Below are positions 1-15,480 of a DNA stretch of 64,000 nucleotides, piece after piece. The stretch is from assembly GCF_018977255.1 (NCBI RefSeq), contig NW_024704743.1:63428001-63492000 (forward strand), given 5' to 3'. Under the pieces are notes generated by a model. That model was not told the origin of the DNA and did no database searches. It worked only from the letters and a program-made list of their open reading frames with translations. The translations under genes were made by a program, and so were the position numbers. Position 1 is the stretch's first letter. Each line of letters begins with the position of its first letter. Source of the stretch: Callorhinchus milii. Lineage: Eukaryota.

Positions 1-1520
1 GGCAAGGAAAAATAGAATTTTGATGAATTTAAAACTTCATTTGTATCAAAGGCACTTAGAAACATGAGGAATTTTCATTGTCAACACATGCATGAAGTTC
101 GGGTGTGATACCGAAGGGTAGACACATCTGGAATTATATTCCAGCAGAAGCAATTTTTGATTAGAGCATGGATACAAGTGGCTAAAAAATAAATGTTACT
201 AAAAACCTAAAATCTGAGTTTCCAACACTTAAAAAACACAAGGCAATGTATTGGTCGTAAAATGATAGGGTGGAAGATTAAGCTCACAATAACTTCACAA
301 GGCTGGGTGCCAACCTTAGCTGCATCATTGAGGAAATCTGCTGCCTCTGTACTAACTACAAAATAAATAAGAGTAAAGTTGGCCCCAGGTGGCCCTCACA
401 CTCTCCTCGCAGCAGAATGCCACAAAAAATACTCCAAACAAGCTTGTATATGAAATCTAACTACAACCGAAGCACATTTATTCATAAAACAAACTGTGTT
501 ACAAAGGGACTGCAGAGGAAACCAAAATATGACACTATCATTGTGCTGGAAGAAGATTTTCTATTTTTTCCCCACTCCTCATACTCTGTTGTATATAAAA
601 GTGAACTGCCATGGAATTTAAACTTTATTCTCAAAATATGGATTTTCTATTCTAATTTTAAAAATCCAGTCCTTAAATCGTTTGGTCAAAATCACACTTG
701 GGACTATATATTATCTTAATAATTTGTCCATCAAAAAGCCCCAAGCAAACCAAGACGTAACATTACAGAGTAATTCAGCATAGGTCATACATGTGAATTC
801 TAAAATAAAATAAAATAAAAATCACAAATCTGCAGGAAAATCTCTGCTATAAACAGTTGTTAAAGGAGCGTTTTTCAATCATCAGCTTCATGCTGCCCTC
901 TACTGGCATTATTCTGCAGCACATCCTAATCAAGGTAAAACTAAGCATGTAAAAATATTCCACACACGTACTTAAAATTACTATTTTAAAAACCTGGTTA
1001 TCGGAAATGCATTATAATTTAAATGGATAATATTGCATTTGGATATTCCTGGAGTTTAATCCATTAAAACCACGCAGCTTGTCACTGCAGACATTGACAA
1101 GCCTCCTGCTGCTTTTTCCAGCAAGTATCACCTACCTGCCTGGTCTTTAGCTTGCAGGGCTAAAAGGAGCTGCGTGGGAAGAATTCCTGCCCCTACTGAC
1201 TGGTCTGCTCTTCCAAGTCCTAATAATAAATCAAGCTAGCAGGTCAGTCATCAACAGTGCCTTAGAGCACTGCTCAAGAACCAGGCTCCTGAGGTTGACA
1301 GCATATGGTTTTCTCAGTAATAATATTTGAAATAGCACCTTTCGCGTCAGCAACATCTCAAAGTATTTCACATGATTTACTGTAAAGTGCAGCAACTACA
1401 TCTTTCATAGGTGAACGTGGCAGCCAATTTTTCCCTTATGTGTCAAGTGCATCAAACCCAACCAAATCAGAAACACTGACAAATAGATCCTGATAATAAT
1501 TAAACAAATGCAACATTTGC

Positions 1521-1937
1521 GTGCCAGCCTAGCTCAGTTGATAGTACTCTCACCTCCGAGTCAGAAGATTGTGTTCAAGCGCCAGGTCAGGACTTGGAAT
1601 GTATATAAGCTAAGATGACACTCCAATGCAATTTTAAGGGTGTCCTGCATTGTTGGAGGTATCATCCTTTGAATGAAATGTTAAACCACAGTCCTGTCTA
1701 CCTGATAAGGTGAATGTTAAAGATCCTACAGCACGATTCAAAAAAAAGGGAATTTTTCCTGGTGTCCTAGCCAACAATCCACGACAAGATTGGTCATTCA
1801 CTTATGGCTATTTGTGTAAATTGGCTGCCATGTTCACCTACAAAACACAGTCACTGAAAAGTGTGTCACTTGAAGCACTTTGGGATGTCCTCCCAAAATA
1901 AAAGGTGCTGAACTAAATGTAATAATTATTATTATTA
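1521..1937 (+). mobile_element. Near full-length Deu-domain tRNA-derived SINE (SacSINE1/AmnSINE1-like)
   Basis: A box (tagctcagttg), B box (gttcaagcgcc), Deu-type core (...gttaaagatcc...ttggctgcc), L2-like tail with (ATT)n. Confidence 0.8.
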
Positions 1938-4900
1938 CAGCATTTAACATTCTATGTGTAATCTTCTCTCAATTGCTTCAAATATGGGAAGAATGTATAC
2001 ACCACACAGCTACCACTTAAGACTGCTTATGCAGGATTGACACATTTTATTCACAATTTGGATGGCTCATAAAGTGTGCCTGCAGCAACATTATTCCATT
2101 AGTTCCACTTTATAAAAACTCCAGCAGATTGTGCTCAGCTAAATTAAATGAGAAAAGGCTCTAAAATCTCCACCCCACTCTTGTAAACAATGGGAAAATG
2201 TCTAAAAAGGCAAAACCAACTAGGCCAGTACACAGAAAAATGTAAATGTCATGATTAATAACAATTAACTCAAATCTTAATTGCACTGTTACTTCAACAA
2301 TAATCATTTTTAAGCTTGTTATTAAGTATTAAGCAGATTCCAAATTAAGCACACTTTCAACAAAAAAAATTGCAATAAATTACTGATCATGAATTAAAAC
2401 TCATATTAACATTAAAAGTGATGATAATAAGATAGAAAAATATTTTCTCCAATCCTACAGTTTATTGTTTGGAACATTTGGCAATAATAGGATTAAAATG
2501 TCTCCTTTTTAAAATTTTCAACTTTGGAAACCAATCTCACCACAAAGAACTGCACAAGCTTTTTATTCACCTTGATATCCTCCACAATCCTACATGTGAA
2601 ACTTTTGCTGTTTTGTAGGTTTTGGTGTAGTTTGTGTGAAAGAAAGGAAAAATCCCTTCATTTTACCTTTACTGTTCTTTGACATGTTACAATTTGCACA
2701 CATGTGTTTGTAGAGTAGATCAAACTGAATAAAAGGAGAAACTAAAGATAATACTAATGTTAAAACTGCTAAAAACCAGTTAAGTCAAAAACAATTTGTG
2801 TAGTAGTTCACAAAATATTAGGTATAATTCATATGCATAGACACATAGTAGAATACTTACTTGGCCCTTCTTTAGTCAATAACACCATAATATTAATTGT
2901 GAAGCTGTAATTACAAAGAATTTAGGTGCAGCATACCCAACACAATGTATGTTTTTGAACATGTCTTAAAAATCTATCCTCTGAGTTAGGATAACGTGTC
3001 TGCCCTGGGGTTTAACCAGCTCTGAGGAAGGACATCGGACAGGTGTATGTACACAGGCACACAGTAATCCAAAACAAAGTTGGAGGTGCAGAAATGCCCC
3101 GAACTGTGCAACTCAAAGCCCTACCTATGAGAGTGGTACATTATCATTATCAATGTAAAAATAGTTATCGAAAACCTTTTTTTGGTGTACTTCTACTGAT
3201 ATTTTGGGTTACTTTTGCATCTCTTTTTATTTTGTCGTTGGTATCACGCTGGTGCTAACAGTGAACAGGAATACAAAGGGATTAAACAGGCCAATGCCTT
3301 ACTGCATATTAAAGAGTTACACAAAATGGAGGTGTCAAAGATCCTCTGTTCTTGTTGCCTACTAAATAGTACAATACTTGGTTGCAGATTTTGCCAAAGA
3401 ATGGTGAATGCACAAATCTCGTTTGGTAATTGTTGCAGTTCTTATTGACTGAATTCTACCAGTGATCTCGATCCTTTCCGCAACAGCCAAAATATTTTTG
3501 CTTCTTTCGGTAATTTTCTCTCCGCTACCTCTCCTCCAAAAGCAGCTTGCATAGTTAGCTTGATGCAGGATTGTTTTTCACTGACTTGACAAAATGCCTA
3601 CAAGTAGAAACTATGGAAACCATCAGGCAGACCACACTCTTGAGAAAGAATTTAATACACAGAGAAAATTGGGAATGAGAGGGAATGAGAAAGAAAGCAG
3701 GAAAAAAATCCAGTTCTGATAATATAAAACAATTCCATAACTGTTTAGCATTACCATACCTTTTGAAAGACTTAATTTTGAAAGAGTACTATCTACTGAG
3801 TCAGGCTGCCACATGAAAAGTTTTAATCAGTTGGTTTTAAAAAAACTGAAGACAATGGAATGAAATAAGATTTAGGATTGGAGTTTTAATAAAATAACAA
3901 TTCCTGCAACAAAAATATTTTTCAATCGCAGTAAGTAAAATACACCAGTGCATTTCTTGTTCACAATGCAACAATTATTTTTATATAATGCTTTTCATGT
4001 TGGGACGATTTCTCAAAGTGCTTCATAGAGCTTAAACATAATACTTTGAACTCTGTTCCACTTATTTTGCTTGAGAAAACATTGCAGCCTTCCAAAGTCA
4101 ATTTGTTAGAGCACTAGAACCTGTTTGCAACTGGTTTGATTTAGTCCCCAACAAACATGGGGATTGTCTAGAAACCATCCTAGTTAAAGTTCATATTTCC
4201 AGATGCAGGTAAATGCATCAATCATTTTGTGTTCATTTTACATCGAATGAAAAATTAATTACATCAAATTATTTGCAAGTTTGACGATGGGAGGGTTACA
4301 AGCACTTTTTATTCATGAGTAATCCTGAGGAATGCACAACCAAAGAGAAAGTTTGTCTGAATGAATTTGAGAGAATTAGTTAGCTATTTTGTCAAGAAAT
4401 CAATTGAAGCGCATCAGACAAAGAGATTATTTAACAGTATAGGATTCTTTATTTTGCTCTGGGACTGGAGAGCGGTAGCAATGGTCTTTTTCAGTCTTGG
4501 ACATTGCTTAAGGTTTATTTTTGAAAAGATCCTATTTTTGAAAAAAGAGAGCATCTGACAAAGAGAAGCTGGTATAAAAAGTTGCAAATCATTTAGAAGT
4601 TATTGTTAAAGTATCATAAAATAACCCTTCATCTGAATGAAGGAGATGGAATAAAGAATTTTAAATGATTAATACCAAGATATTCACAGTGTACGGAACA
4701 GAATGTCACTGCCATTATCCCATCAAACGAGCAGCCCTTTATCAAGCATTTGGTAACATTTACCTTTAATATTTTTCCCAGTTTATTCTTATCCACGTTT
4801 CACTCTGGACAAATTACCTTCCTAGTAGCTGTGATATAAAAGGGACTATATAGGTTCTAGGTTACAAAAATACAGAACATTATTCTCCACATGGCAAGCT

Positions 4901-5739
4901 CATGATCTCAGGCAGGTTATCACAGACAAGAGAAGAGAGTCATCTGAAGATCTATGCATTCATGCATCCCATGTGGCTGGTTTCAGATGGCAACAAAGAG
5001 GTATCCATTGTGTACTTCTAGGTTAAAAAATATTGCATTACCACGGAATTTAAAGAAGGCAGGAGAAATAAACAAGGGAGGATTGTTGAAAAAAAATATT
5101 TGTATTGGTTAGTCATTAAAGGTCTACTGGTTTCCATATTGACATGTTGACTTGCCTGTTCTCATTCTACACTTAGTTCCTGCATTCTATCACAAAGACC
5201 AAAGATTTGGGCAAGGCTTTAGAGCATGCATTCACCTCTGGAATTTAGGTTCAAATCCAAGCCTGATAGATATTTAGAAAGAGTTAAAGTAACATGATTT
5301 ACTGACAAAGTACAGTAACTCCACAGCACAAAACCAAATATTGTTCAGGACTAACTAGTGAACTTCAGCGGGGCCATAAGGATTGTAATGTGGAAAATAG
5401 ATATGCACGTAGTGGTGGAGGTCTGTTTGTCGGTTTGTGTTTAAGGGCCAGTAATTGGGCAAAGTGGAGGGGGCACTATCCTAAATCTAACTCATGTTAC
5501 AGCCGATCTGGGTGTGCTGGGAGGCACAATATCATTATATTTCTGAAGCTTTCTATAAAAACAAAATATAAAATCCATACTGTAATATCAAGCAGGTGTT
5601 AATTCATCAAAGTACTAACCAAAAAGAATGATAAAGAAACTTTACTAATACAATGTAATAAAGGCTATCCATATTCTCTGTATGCATCAGCTTTACTGTA
5701 CACTAGCAATAACAGACTCCACAAAGAATGTTTTTCAAA

Positions 5740-6310
5740 GCCATTAGCTTTGTAAATTTAAATAGAGGCATAGAGTACAAAAGCAAAGAAGTTCTGCTAA
5801 ACTTTTATAAGTCACTGGTTAGGCCTCAGCTGGAGTACTGTGTCCAATTCTGGGCACCACACTTTAGGAAGGATATCAAGGTCTTGGAGAGGGTGCAGAG
5901 GAGATTTACCAGAATGGAGATTAGAGAAGCTGGGATTGTTCTCCTTAGAGCAGAGAAAGTTAAGGGGAGATTTGATACGGGTGTTCATAATAAATAGGGG
6001 TTTTGATAGAGGAGATAGGGAGAAACTGTTTCCACTGGCAGGTGGGTTGGTAACCTGGGGACATGGATTGAAGATAATTGGCAAAAAACCAGAGGGGAGA
6101 TGAGGAGAATTTTGTCTTACACAGAGAGTTGTTACTGCCTGGAATGCACTGCCTGAAAGTGTAGTGAAAACAGATTCAATAACAACTTTCAAAGGGAATT
6201 GGATAGATACTTGAAGAGGAAAAATTTGCAAGGATATGGAGTAGCTTTTCCAAAGAGCCGGCAGAGGCACAATGGGCCGAATGGTCTCCTTCTGTAATAT
6301 TCTATGATTT
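5740..6310 (+). mobile_element. CR1-clade LINE 3' fragment
   Basis: YKSLVRPQLEYCVQFWAPHFRKDIKVLERVQRRFTRM and LGLFSLEQRKLRGDLI; CR1-type 3' end (ttctatgatt). Confidence 0.93.
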
Positions 6311-6779
6311 GTAACTCTTAAAAACTTGACAGAAAATGTGCACGTACCACAGGATTGTTCAAAATAAATGTGCTAAAGTAACCCCGTTGGGGTTATTGGT
6401 ACAACCAATATAACTAATAATCCTTGCATAATTCTTCATAATGGAGACAGATTTTAGATTATAATGCAGCATTTATTAATACTACAGCTACCTAATTATA
6501 TTATGTTAGCTGTAGTGAAGTCTAATGTGTAAGACTTTTAACAGAATTACTTAATAAGGAATCGAGTTAGAATTCCCCTCAAATTGCAAGAACTCCATTC
6601 AAATCAGATGGAGTTCGTACAGTTCAGCTTGATGTGCTTTCAGATACCAAGAGTCCCCATTTGCACAACTAGGATTATTTATTCAGTAATGCTATAAAGT
6701 AATCCCACTGTTTTCAGTGTCTTTGGAGATTTTTACTGCAATAGAGAAAGGCTGGCCATTAATGGGCTTATTATCCTAG

Positions 6780-7500
6780 CTACTAGAGTTAAGACTGTAT
6801 TCATTTAATTATACAAAGCCAAGTTACTGTAGCAATATAAGATATTGATGTTGAATTTGTATAAGACCTGCAGCGCCTTGGAGCATCCTCCCAACATGAA
6901 AGGCATTATATAAATGCAATTCTTTGCTGTTGCTGGTTGGACCACATTTGGAGGACTATGTCCAGTTCTGGTCTCCACTATAGAAAGAATATAGCAATGA
7001 TGGAAATAGTACAGTGCAGGGTTACAAGGATGAGACAAAGGTTGGTAGATTATTGCTATCAGGATATACTGGACACGTTAGTAGATCTTTTTTGCTAGAG
7101 AAAAGATATTTAAGAGGTGACCGAATGGAGGTGTTTAAACACTATAAAATGGTTGATTAAAGTTAACATAATAAGCTGTTTCCACTAATTGGGGAGTCCA
7201 TACCCAGGCAACACAAATATAAGATAGTGATTATGTGATCTAAAAGAGAATATAGGAGGAACTACAACTTGCAGGTGGTAGTGAGACCGTGGAACTCATT
7301 GAGAGTTGAATCAGAGGTTGAATCAGATATTACAGATGCATTGAAGATGAAGCTAGACCTTCATATGAGGAAGAGGGAATAGAAGGGCACTAGAGGGAGT
7401 AAGGAGAGGGTGGAGACTTATGTGGGTATAAACACTGGCACAGACTGATTTGGCCGAGTGGCCTGTTTCTGTGCTGTACATTCTTTGTAAATCTTTGTAA
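6780..7500 (+). mobile_element. Older CR1 3' fragment with a nested L2-type tail at about 6868-6932
   Basis: Degenerate RPHLEDYVQFWSP and RGDxMEVFK coding similarity; CR1 3' end near 7440-7500. Confidence 0.8.
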
Positions 7501-7898
7501 GACGTAACCTGCTCAAGGCAAGAATGAAAAGATGGAATTTAAAGGAATCATGCAGCACCTGATTTGGGAGAACTAGGAGTAAAACATCCATTATATTATT
7601 GCAGCTGTAAAATATACAATATCAAACCGATGTCAGGACTTCAAATCAGTAACCATAAGGGCACTCAATCAATTTCACTATTGCAAGGTGTAAAAATTAA
7701 CTCAAAAATTTAATAAGACACCACAAAGATGGCAGTTATACTAAATACAATAATACAATCCAAATAATTTACAGCTAGGCCATAAACAATGTACATGCAC
7801 AAGAGTACAACTTATTTGCCAGATATTACTTTATGTTTCTCTTAAAACTAAATATATTGTGCTCTGGGGCTCATCTCATCACAAAGAAGAACTTATCA

Positions 7899-8054
<156 letters not shown>

Positions 8055-8983
8055 CTAAAATGGTTTAAACAACAAGTTCAGGGACCATTGTGAAAAGGGA
8101 ATTTGACAAAACAAGCCAGCTGTAATTGATTAAATGTTGGAATACATAAATACATTTAGATAGAACAAACTTTCATTGTAAAGTAGCAAAAATCCACTCC
8201 ACACAGCTACAAGGATGATATAAGTATGTAGATTTCCTACAGTGCCAAAATGGGCCCTAGAGCAACATACTCATGAGCTACGGATCCAATTTAAATTATT
8301 GCTTCATTTCACACTAAATTAATACTTCTGATCAGACTGGAACTCATTGTAGTTTATGCCAGCAGACAATAACTATCCCTGCCTCATCCCAAATATGTTT
8401 CAGGGATATGCTGGTGCAGAGTAGCTGCAGTCCTTCCCCACATGAACGTCACTACATTTCATAAAGTGTCGCTTTATCATTTATTATAGCTTCTCGTTTC
8501 ATATTCCAACATTGGGTTTCCAAAAATATGCATTTTGAAGTCATGACAAAACCTAGATCTTTGAAGTTTTTAAATGTAATTGGTACAAATTTCACGGGAT
8601 GGTGGCAACACCCTTCATTGGTGGAATTGCTGATTCATTACAGTGGTTTTGGTCTCTGCTCTGACAGTCCCACAAACTGGGCTCATTAATGTTGAATTCA
8701 TATGATGCTGCTCAGCTCCCATCCAGGGTGCCTCCGTTATTTCAAGTTGAAGGTAACAAAACAGATCTTTTGGGGGAAATTTGGGTCAATAGAAGACTAA
8801 AATCAAGTCAATCCTCCGTGGCAGTCTCAGTAGTCCAGTTCGTGAGCCAGATGGGTCAACCATATTCTAAAGCTTGTTGTCTGAATTTGACAGACCAGTC
8901 AAGAACAGAGCAGACGAATCACTGGGGGCTGGAAGTCTGCCAATGCCATAACTTAACAATAGAGGAAAGTTTGCCACTATTCA

Positions 8984-9238
<255 letters not shown>

Positions 9239-9661
9239 TTAATGATAAACAAGATGATGTGATGTGCCTGACAGCTTCCTGTAATCATTTTTTGTCAGTC
9301 CTCAGTGGACCAATAGAGAGATTCTTAGAGCCAGTCCTGTCTGGAGAGTAAAACGCAACCATTTTAACTTCAATTGAAAAACACGAAGCACACTGTGTCT
9401 TTAATTCCCACACTTCAATCAAATGCAATTCAGATGATTTCTGAATCCTAAGATTAATGAGGGAAGGAAACCTCATTGATCTCCTTAACAACTAAGGTCT
9501 CTCAACTCCTAAACAGCCTTTTGTCAACTAAAATATATTTTCTCATTTCATGCTCATTTTTTCCACATTGTGCATGTATTTCTATTTGGAGTGATACTAA
9601 CACTAAAGTTGAATTTTATCAACAAGGAACTATCAGAAATCAACCTATAATTTCACCTTTA

Positions 9662-9871
<210 letters not shown>

Positions 9872-10911
9872 TCACACATAATTATGAAAACTACAGCTTT
9901 AAACCCCTCTGCAGCCATGTCCCACCCTATCTCTGTGACCTCCTGTTCTCTTTAGGTTGCAGACCCCGAACTAGACCTGTAGACCGGAGCTGCGGTATAC
10001 TTCTGGACCTGCCACTGACTGACCAGCTTCCTGCGCGTGTACAGCACAAAGGAAATGAAGTTAGCAGCACTTCTTGCTCATCAGGTGTAGGAAGTGATGT
10101 CAGTGGCACTCGAACCCAAGGTAAGATAGGGTCTGAGTTTACTGATCCAAACCACCGTTATAATGGGAACAAACTACACGATTTTGTTTTGTTCAGTCAC
10201 TACATTTTAGAGTAAATCCTGTGAAGCACTTTGAGATGTCCTCCAATGTAAAAGGCACAACATCAAATGCAAGTGTAATTTTTTTTAATGTCAATTAAGT
10301 CCCCCCAAAAAATCTATTTGCTTCCACTTACTAATATTTTCTCCAGAAATTTTTACAACAGGTTGTATTTATATCATATCTTCAATCTAAAAACATCTCA
10401 GTGCACTTTTTTTGGTCATCCGGGTTTCTGATACATGCGGAAATCCATCACCATGCTAAAGATATTCAAACCAAATTGAGAATTCCATGTACTTCACAAA
10501 AGTAGCAAGGATATAACAGATTTACAGATATTGACCAAAGGTTTGGATGGAGAGACACGTTTTTAAATATAACATCATACGAGCTGCCCTGTGTGCTTCC
10601 TACTTTAGGGAACTTGTCCAAAACACACATTTCATGCATTTTACAGGCAAAACAAAGGTTAACTAAAGTGTTATCTTCCTACTCATTACCACTTACAATG
10701 AAGCCATCACTTTGATGGATGTAGCAGAGTGTTTTGTTTGGGCATGTTTCCTTTTGGGCTTTTCTCCTCTTTGAGCACGATTTCACAACATTGGAAAACA
10801 TACAGGACAATGCCAGGACAAGTATTTTACATTAAGAAGTGAAAAGGAAAGACAAAGAGGAAAAAAAAAGTGTAAATTGATGTTCTGTTTCTGAAACGCT
10901 TTTGCTGCTTA

Positions 10912-11004
<93 letters not shown>

Positions 11005-11549
11005 TTACAGTAAATATCAGCAGCATGAAAGAGTATGAAGCAGTAGAAAACACTACTCTCTCAAGGTTTGAAGTGAGAAATTATTTCGGAGTTCCAATTC
11101 CAAATGTTTTGTTATCTTATACAGCACACTGTTCACTTTTGCAATCTCCTGCTTTCTTTCAATTAAGAGGACTCGTAAGATTTTTATGTGGGATTTATGA
11201 TGGGGTTCCACCGTTCTACCGAGTTGTCTACACCTGCCTGTAGTATTTGTGAGTATGACTTACTTAAGTACTTAATTTCTTTTTTTTTTTAAACCAGCTG
11301 GGTATCTTACATCAATTTTCGTCAGAGGTGAGCTGGCAAAAATGTACTTTACAACTTATGTGCAACTTAAACTCATATAATTGTATATGTAATCCAGGAC
11401 ATAACTAGCTGATGAGTTCGGGGTTCTAAATTTGCAACTCTGCATATGTTGCCACAAATGATTCATGTCACATTATATGCTGAATTTTTAAAAACAATGT
11501 CTAGTTAATCTTGAAAAGAAAAAGGAAACATCTACTGTTGGTGAGCACA

Positions 11550-11880
11550 CTGATATTGCTGTTCAGCAAGCTTTCACGCTACTTGTCCAGTTAGGACCAC
11601 CCTACCCATTAGAGCTATGGCTTGTAGGGTTAACAGGAGATGAGAGGGATGATTTGCTGCCCCCAATGACTGGTCTGCCCTTCCGGATCCTGTTGATGAG
11701 TCAGGCTGGCTGTGCTGCCATCAGCAGTGCCCTGGAATACTGCAGAACCGCCTGACTCAGAACCCGGACTACTGAGACCGCCACGAAGGGCTGACTCCAT
11801 TCTGATATTCCATTGCCAGACATGTCACTTTGGAGCCAGTTCAGCTCCAAGGAGACCCTGCTTAGCTCCAAGGATACCTT
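11550..11880 (-). repeat. Family X copy
   Basis: Shares tgactggtctgcccttcc...ggactactgagaccgccac with 40650-40790. Confidence 0.85.
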
Positions 11881-11906
11881 ACAAAGCTACAGAACCTTTT
11901 AAACTA

Positions 11907-12137
<231 letters not shown>

Positions 12138-13624
12138 TTAATTCCATCAAAATAACAAATCAGCGAAAACATGTAGAAACTTGTGCTGAAGGTGTTACTT
12201 ATATACATAATACAGAGATACGTAGCTATTATATACCAGCTCTTCCCTTTAGTCCTGCCTGAGGCACTACTGAAAACAGAGTAAAAGCTAACTCCAAAAT
12301 ACAAACCTAATAACTATTTTGTTAGCCCTTTGCATTTTATTTTCTCTGCATTGACTTCAATCATTCATCATGTATGAATTAAGGGTAATTGAAGATACCG
12401 CAATGATGGGGTAATGACAGACAACTAAACTTCAGACCTGAGAGGGTTCACTATTTATGTTCTCATGTGAGATTATATTTTATGATTCATTTATTTACAA
12501 TTGTGTTTAAGAAAACCCCCCAAAATAAAAGATTTTGAGGCAAAAATAAAATCTTGTGCTAATAAGTGAAAAGTAAAAACGGGCAGCTTGCATCTCGTTA
12601 ACCTGTGGAATTGTTTGACATTTTGTCAAACTAAGTTCAAGTTATACAGTTATAGAAGAAAAAATAAGATNAAAAAATCAAAATCTGACATTCACTTTCC
12701 AGAAATAAACATAAATATCAGAGCTTCAAACATTTTGTCAAAAGGATAATTTCAAATGTTTCATTACCTCAGATTACAATAGTGCATTATCAATTTATCA
12801 TTTTTGCCCATTAACGTGAGCTAAGATGTGTATCCATTGTCAAAATTCTATTGCAACGTGTATTTACTTGAAAGGGGAAGATGGAAGTGTTGGAGTCCTA
12901 TTTGTGTTTTAATTTTAGTAATAAAAATAGAAACACACCAATACAATAGTAACCGTACCAATAAAGTAAACAGAACAAAAAACTAATCACTGTAATGTAC
13001 ATTAAATACAAGTAAACAATTAACAGTTCTAACTTCTCATTCAGTAACACAAGTTTCTTCATGTCCATGCATAAGATCTCAGTAATCACAGAACAAGACT
13101 AAGAGAATTAGCACCATTTTGAACTGCTAAAAGTGCATCAAAGGTCAACAAGTTAACATTTCAAAATGTGAAACTAATTCATGCATAATAGTAAAACAAA
13201 TAGAAAATAAATTAAAAGATGCTGTAAGCTGTAGAAGATCAACATTTTAAAATCCATTCATTTTCTAAAACAACTGACATTCCCTTTGAACCAAGTTAAT
13301 AACTCCAGATTACAATAATCCTTGGATTTGACTCATCAATTCAAAATGTAAGCAGGCAACTAGTAAACTAGAACTGTATTTCAGCTATAATGTAGTTGTA
13401 TTATGACAAGATGTGATGCAATTACAGTGCACCTATACTTACTGGGTCATAGTAAGGAATTCTATGAATATTTTATTTTATTTTAATATAAAACTGCCTT
13501 GAACCTTTAAAATGTCTTAAATGGTTAAGTACTCTACAAAGATTTAAAATATCTGTGCCATATTTAAATACTCAATCACAACTGAGTAATAATCCTTGAC
13601 ATCTCAAAGGATTTATTGTCAAGT

Positions 13625-14075
13625 GCAATGCAGCCCACCCTCAGCTCTGTGCTGGAGTGTTAGCCTAGACTGTGAGTTCAAAGTCCCACAATGGAGCTCG
13701 AACCCACAACATGTCACTCAGCATCAATAGTGCCATAGGTGTTAGCCTGGCTCAGTCAGAAGCACTTCCAGTGATATGAGCTCACAGTCTAGGCTGGTAC
13801 GTCAGCAGATTGTTTGGGAAGCATCTATCACTGCTGCATTATTTTGGATGAGACATTAGACTGAGGACCCATCTGCCAGCCCGGAAGGACACTAAACATC
13901 CCACAGCAAGATTTGAAAAGAGAGGACAGTTTGTCCTGGCCAACAATTCTCCCAAATGCAATTCATCATTCAAATCATGGCTATCTACAGGTCATTGCTA
14001 ATTGGCTGCCGCAGTAAATTCTGAGACAGACAATGTGATAAGGCTTTATATTAAATGTAAGTATTATACTATTAT
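13625..14075. mobile_element. Two Deu-type SINE fragments, head to head
   Basis: Reverse 5' half at about 13625-13740 and forward copy at about 13740-14075. Confidence 0.65.
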
Positions 14076-14468
14076 CATCTGCGCCAGGCTGATACCGTAA
14101 ATATTGTCGGGGAGACAGAAAAACAAACAATTCAAAAATATATTCTGACTTTCGTAAAAACAAAATGTTAACTCAAGTGTACCAGTGTACACAATGCTGA
14201 AATAATTCAGTGCACTACTCTTCAGTGCCTTAAATGCAGTTACAGGCCTCTTTTTTTAAGAGAGCAAAATTTACATGTTAAAATCTGACCTCCTACAGCT
14301 TAGAATGAGACAATGTTTTGTGCTGAAAAGTAATGCAACCTTAATAATAATAATGATCCCCCACCCCAACCACAGTAGGTTTTGAGAACTGCACATCCAT
14401 GCTTAAAGCTCTAAGTGCACAAAATGAAATGAGTAGCATTTGATCTGAAATGGCAACCTGCAAGTTAC

Positions 14469-14492
14469 CTGCTTATTAAGCCAATGCCATAG
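14469..14492 (-). CDS. TMEM245: TMEM245 exon 7, 24-nt microexon (LWHWLNKQ)
   Basis: Minus strand reads TTCTTCCTAAAG|CTA TGG CAT TGG CTT AAT AAG CAG|GTAACT and fills the LWHWLNKK segment expected between exons 6 and 8; phase 0 to 0. Confidence 0.93.
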
Positions 14493-14644
14493 CTTTAGGA
14501 AGAAGACAAAAGGATATTGAGGGTTACTGATGAAACATTGTGAAAAGTAATAAAATGTGCAGATTTAGTTGATACAGATGCATTCTTATAAGTTTGCATC
14601 GACAATACCTTCATTACAATTATGTGTAATATATTTGAATATTT

Positions 14645-15480
14645 ACAACAAAAAATTGCTTCTCTATAGAGCTCTTCAAATAGGATAAAGACTGAGGTAC
14701 ACAATGATGAGGCACAACCCAAGCAAGGAAGGAGGGAAGGTGACAATAGATGTGGTCAAAGGGGTAACATTTTAGGCAGGATTTAAAGAAAGACAGAGAG
14801 AGTAGGTGAGAGGAAGGGAGTTCTGAAGGTTAAAAGCTTATTCGGATTGTTTGCCTACAAAATATACGATTATTACACTTTACAATAAATCCTACGAAGC
14901 GCTTTGAGATATCTTCCCAACGCTGTATGAATGCAAGGATTTAAAAGTAATTATTATAGTTGCTAAAAGCTTCTCCACCGATGCTGCTCGAAAGCCGTGG
15001 GGGACAGCAGCAATCCCAAGTTAGCCCAGCAGTGGAGGCAAGCAGAAGAGTGGGGTAGAAGACCCAGAGATCAGGAGATGAAGGAATTTATAGGTGAGGG
15101 CAGGGACCTGAAACAGATTTGTTGGGTAACAGTGGAGCCTGGTGACGACTTGAGTGATGGGCTTGCAGTGTTTGGTGCAGGTCAGGATATGGCAGCAGAG
15201 TTTACGATCAGCTGGATCTTACGGATGGTGAATCTAGGGAAACCAGTGAGGAGTGCAATTGATAAGTTGAAGCAGGAAATAACAAAGGTTGAATAACGGT
15301 TTTAGTGGCATTTGGTGAGAGACAAAGGCAAAAAAAATCAGTCTTAGCCAGGGACCAAATGCGAGGGAGGAAGGAGAGCTGAGGTCTTTACTGGATGGCG
15401 ATGTTGCGCAGTTTGAGAAGGAAGCAGGGAAGGTTGAGGAGGTCAGAGAGAGGACATTGATGGGAACCATTTGCTTTATT
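14645..15480 (-). mobile_element. Old L2 fragment interrupted by a SINE tail (about 14850-14960, + strand)
   Basis: Purine-rich degenerate similarity to the reverse of the L2 3' region. Confidence 0.6.

Noticed and set aside
2861..2904. Exon-like block with TTACAG acceptor and GTAAGT donor in TMEM245 intron 12
   Set aside because: In-frame stop in phase 0 and no TMEM245 similarity. A poison exon cannot be excluded but is unsupported.
12671..12671. Single N base
   Set aside because: Assembly ambiguity, not a biological feature.
14520..14560. Hammerhead ribozyme (CTGATGA...GAAA)
   Set aside because: No supporting stems I and III or cleavage triplet found.
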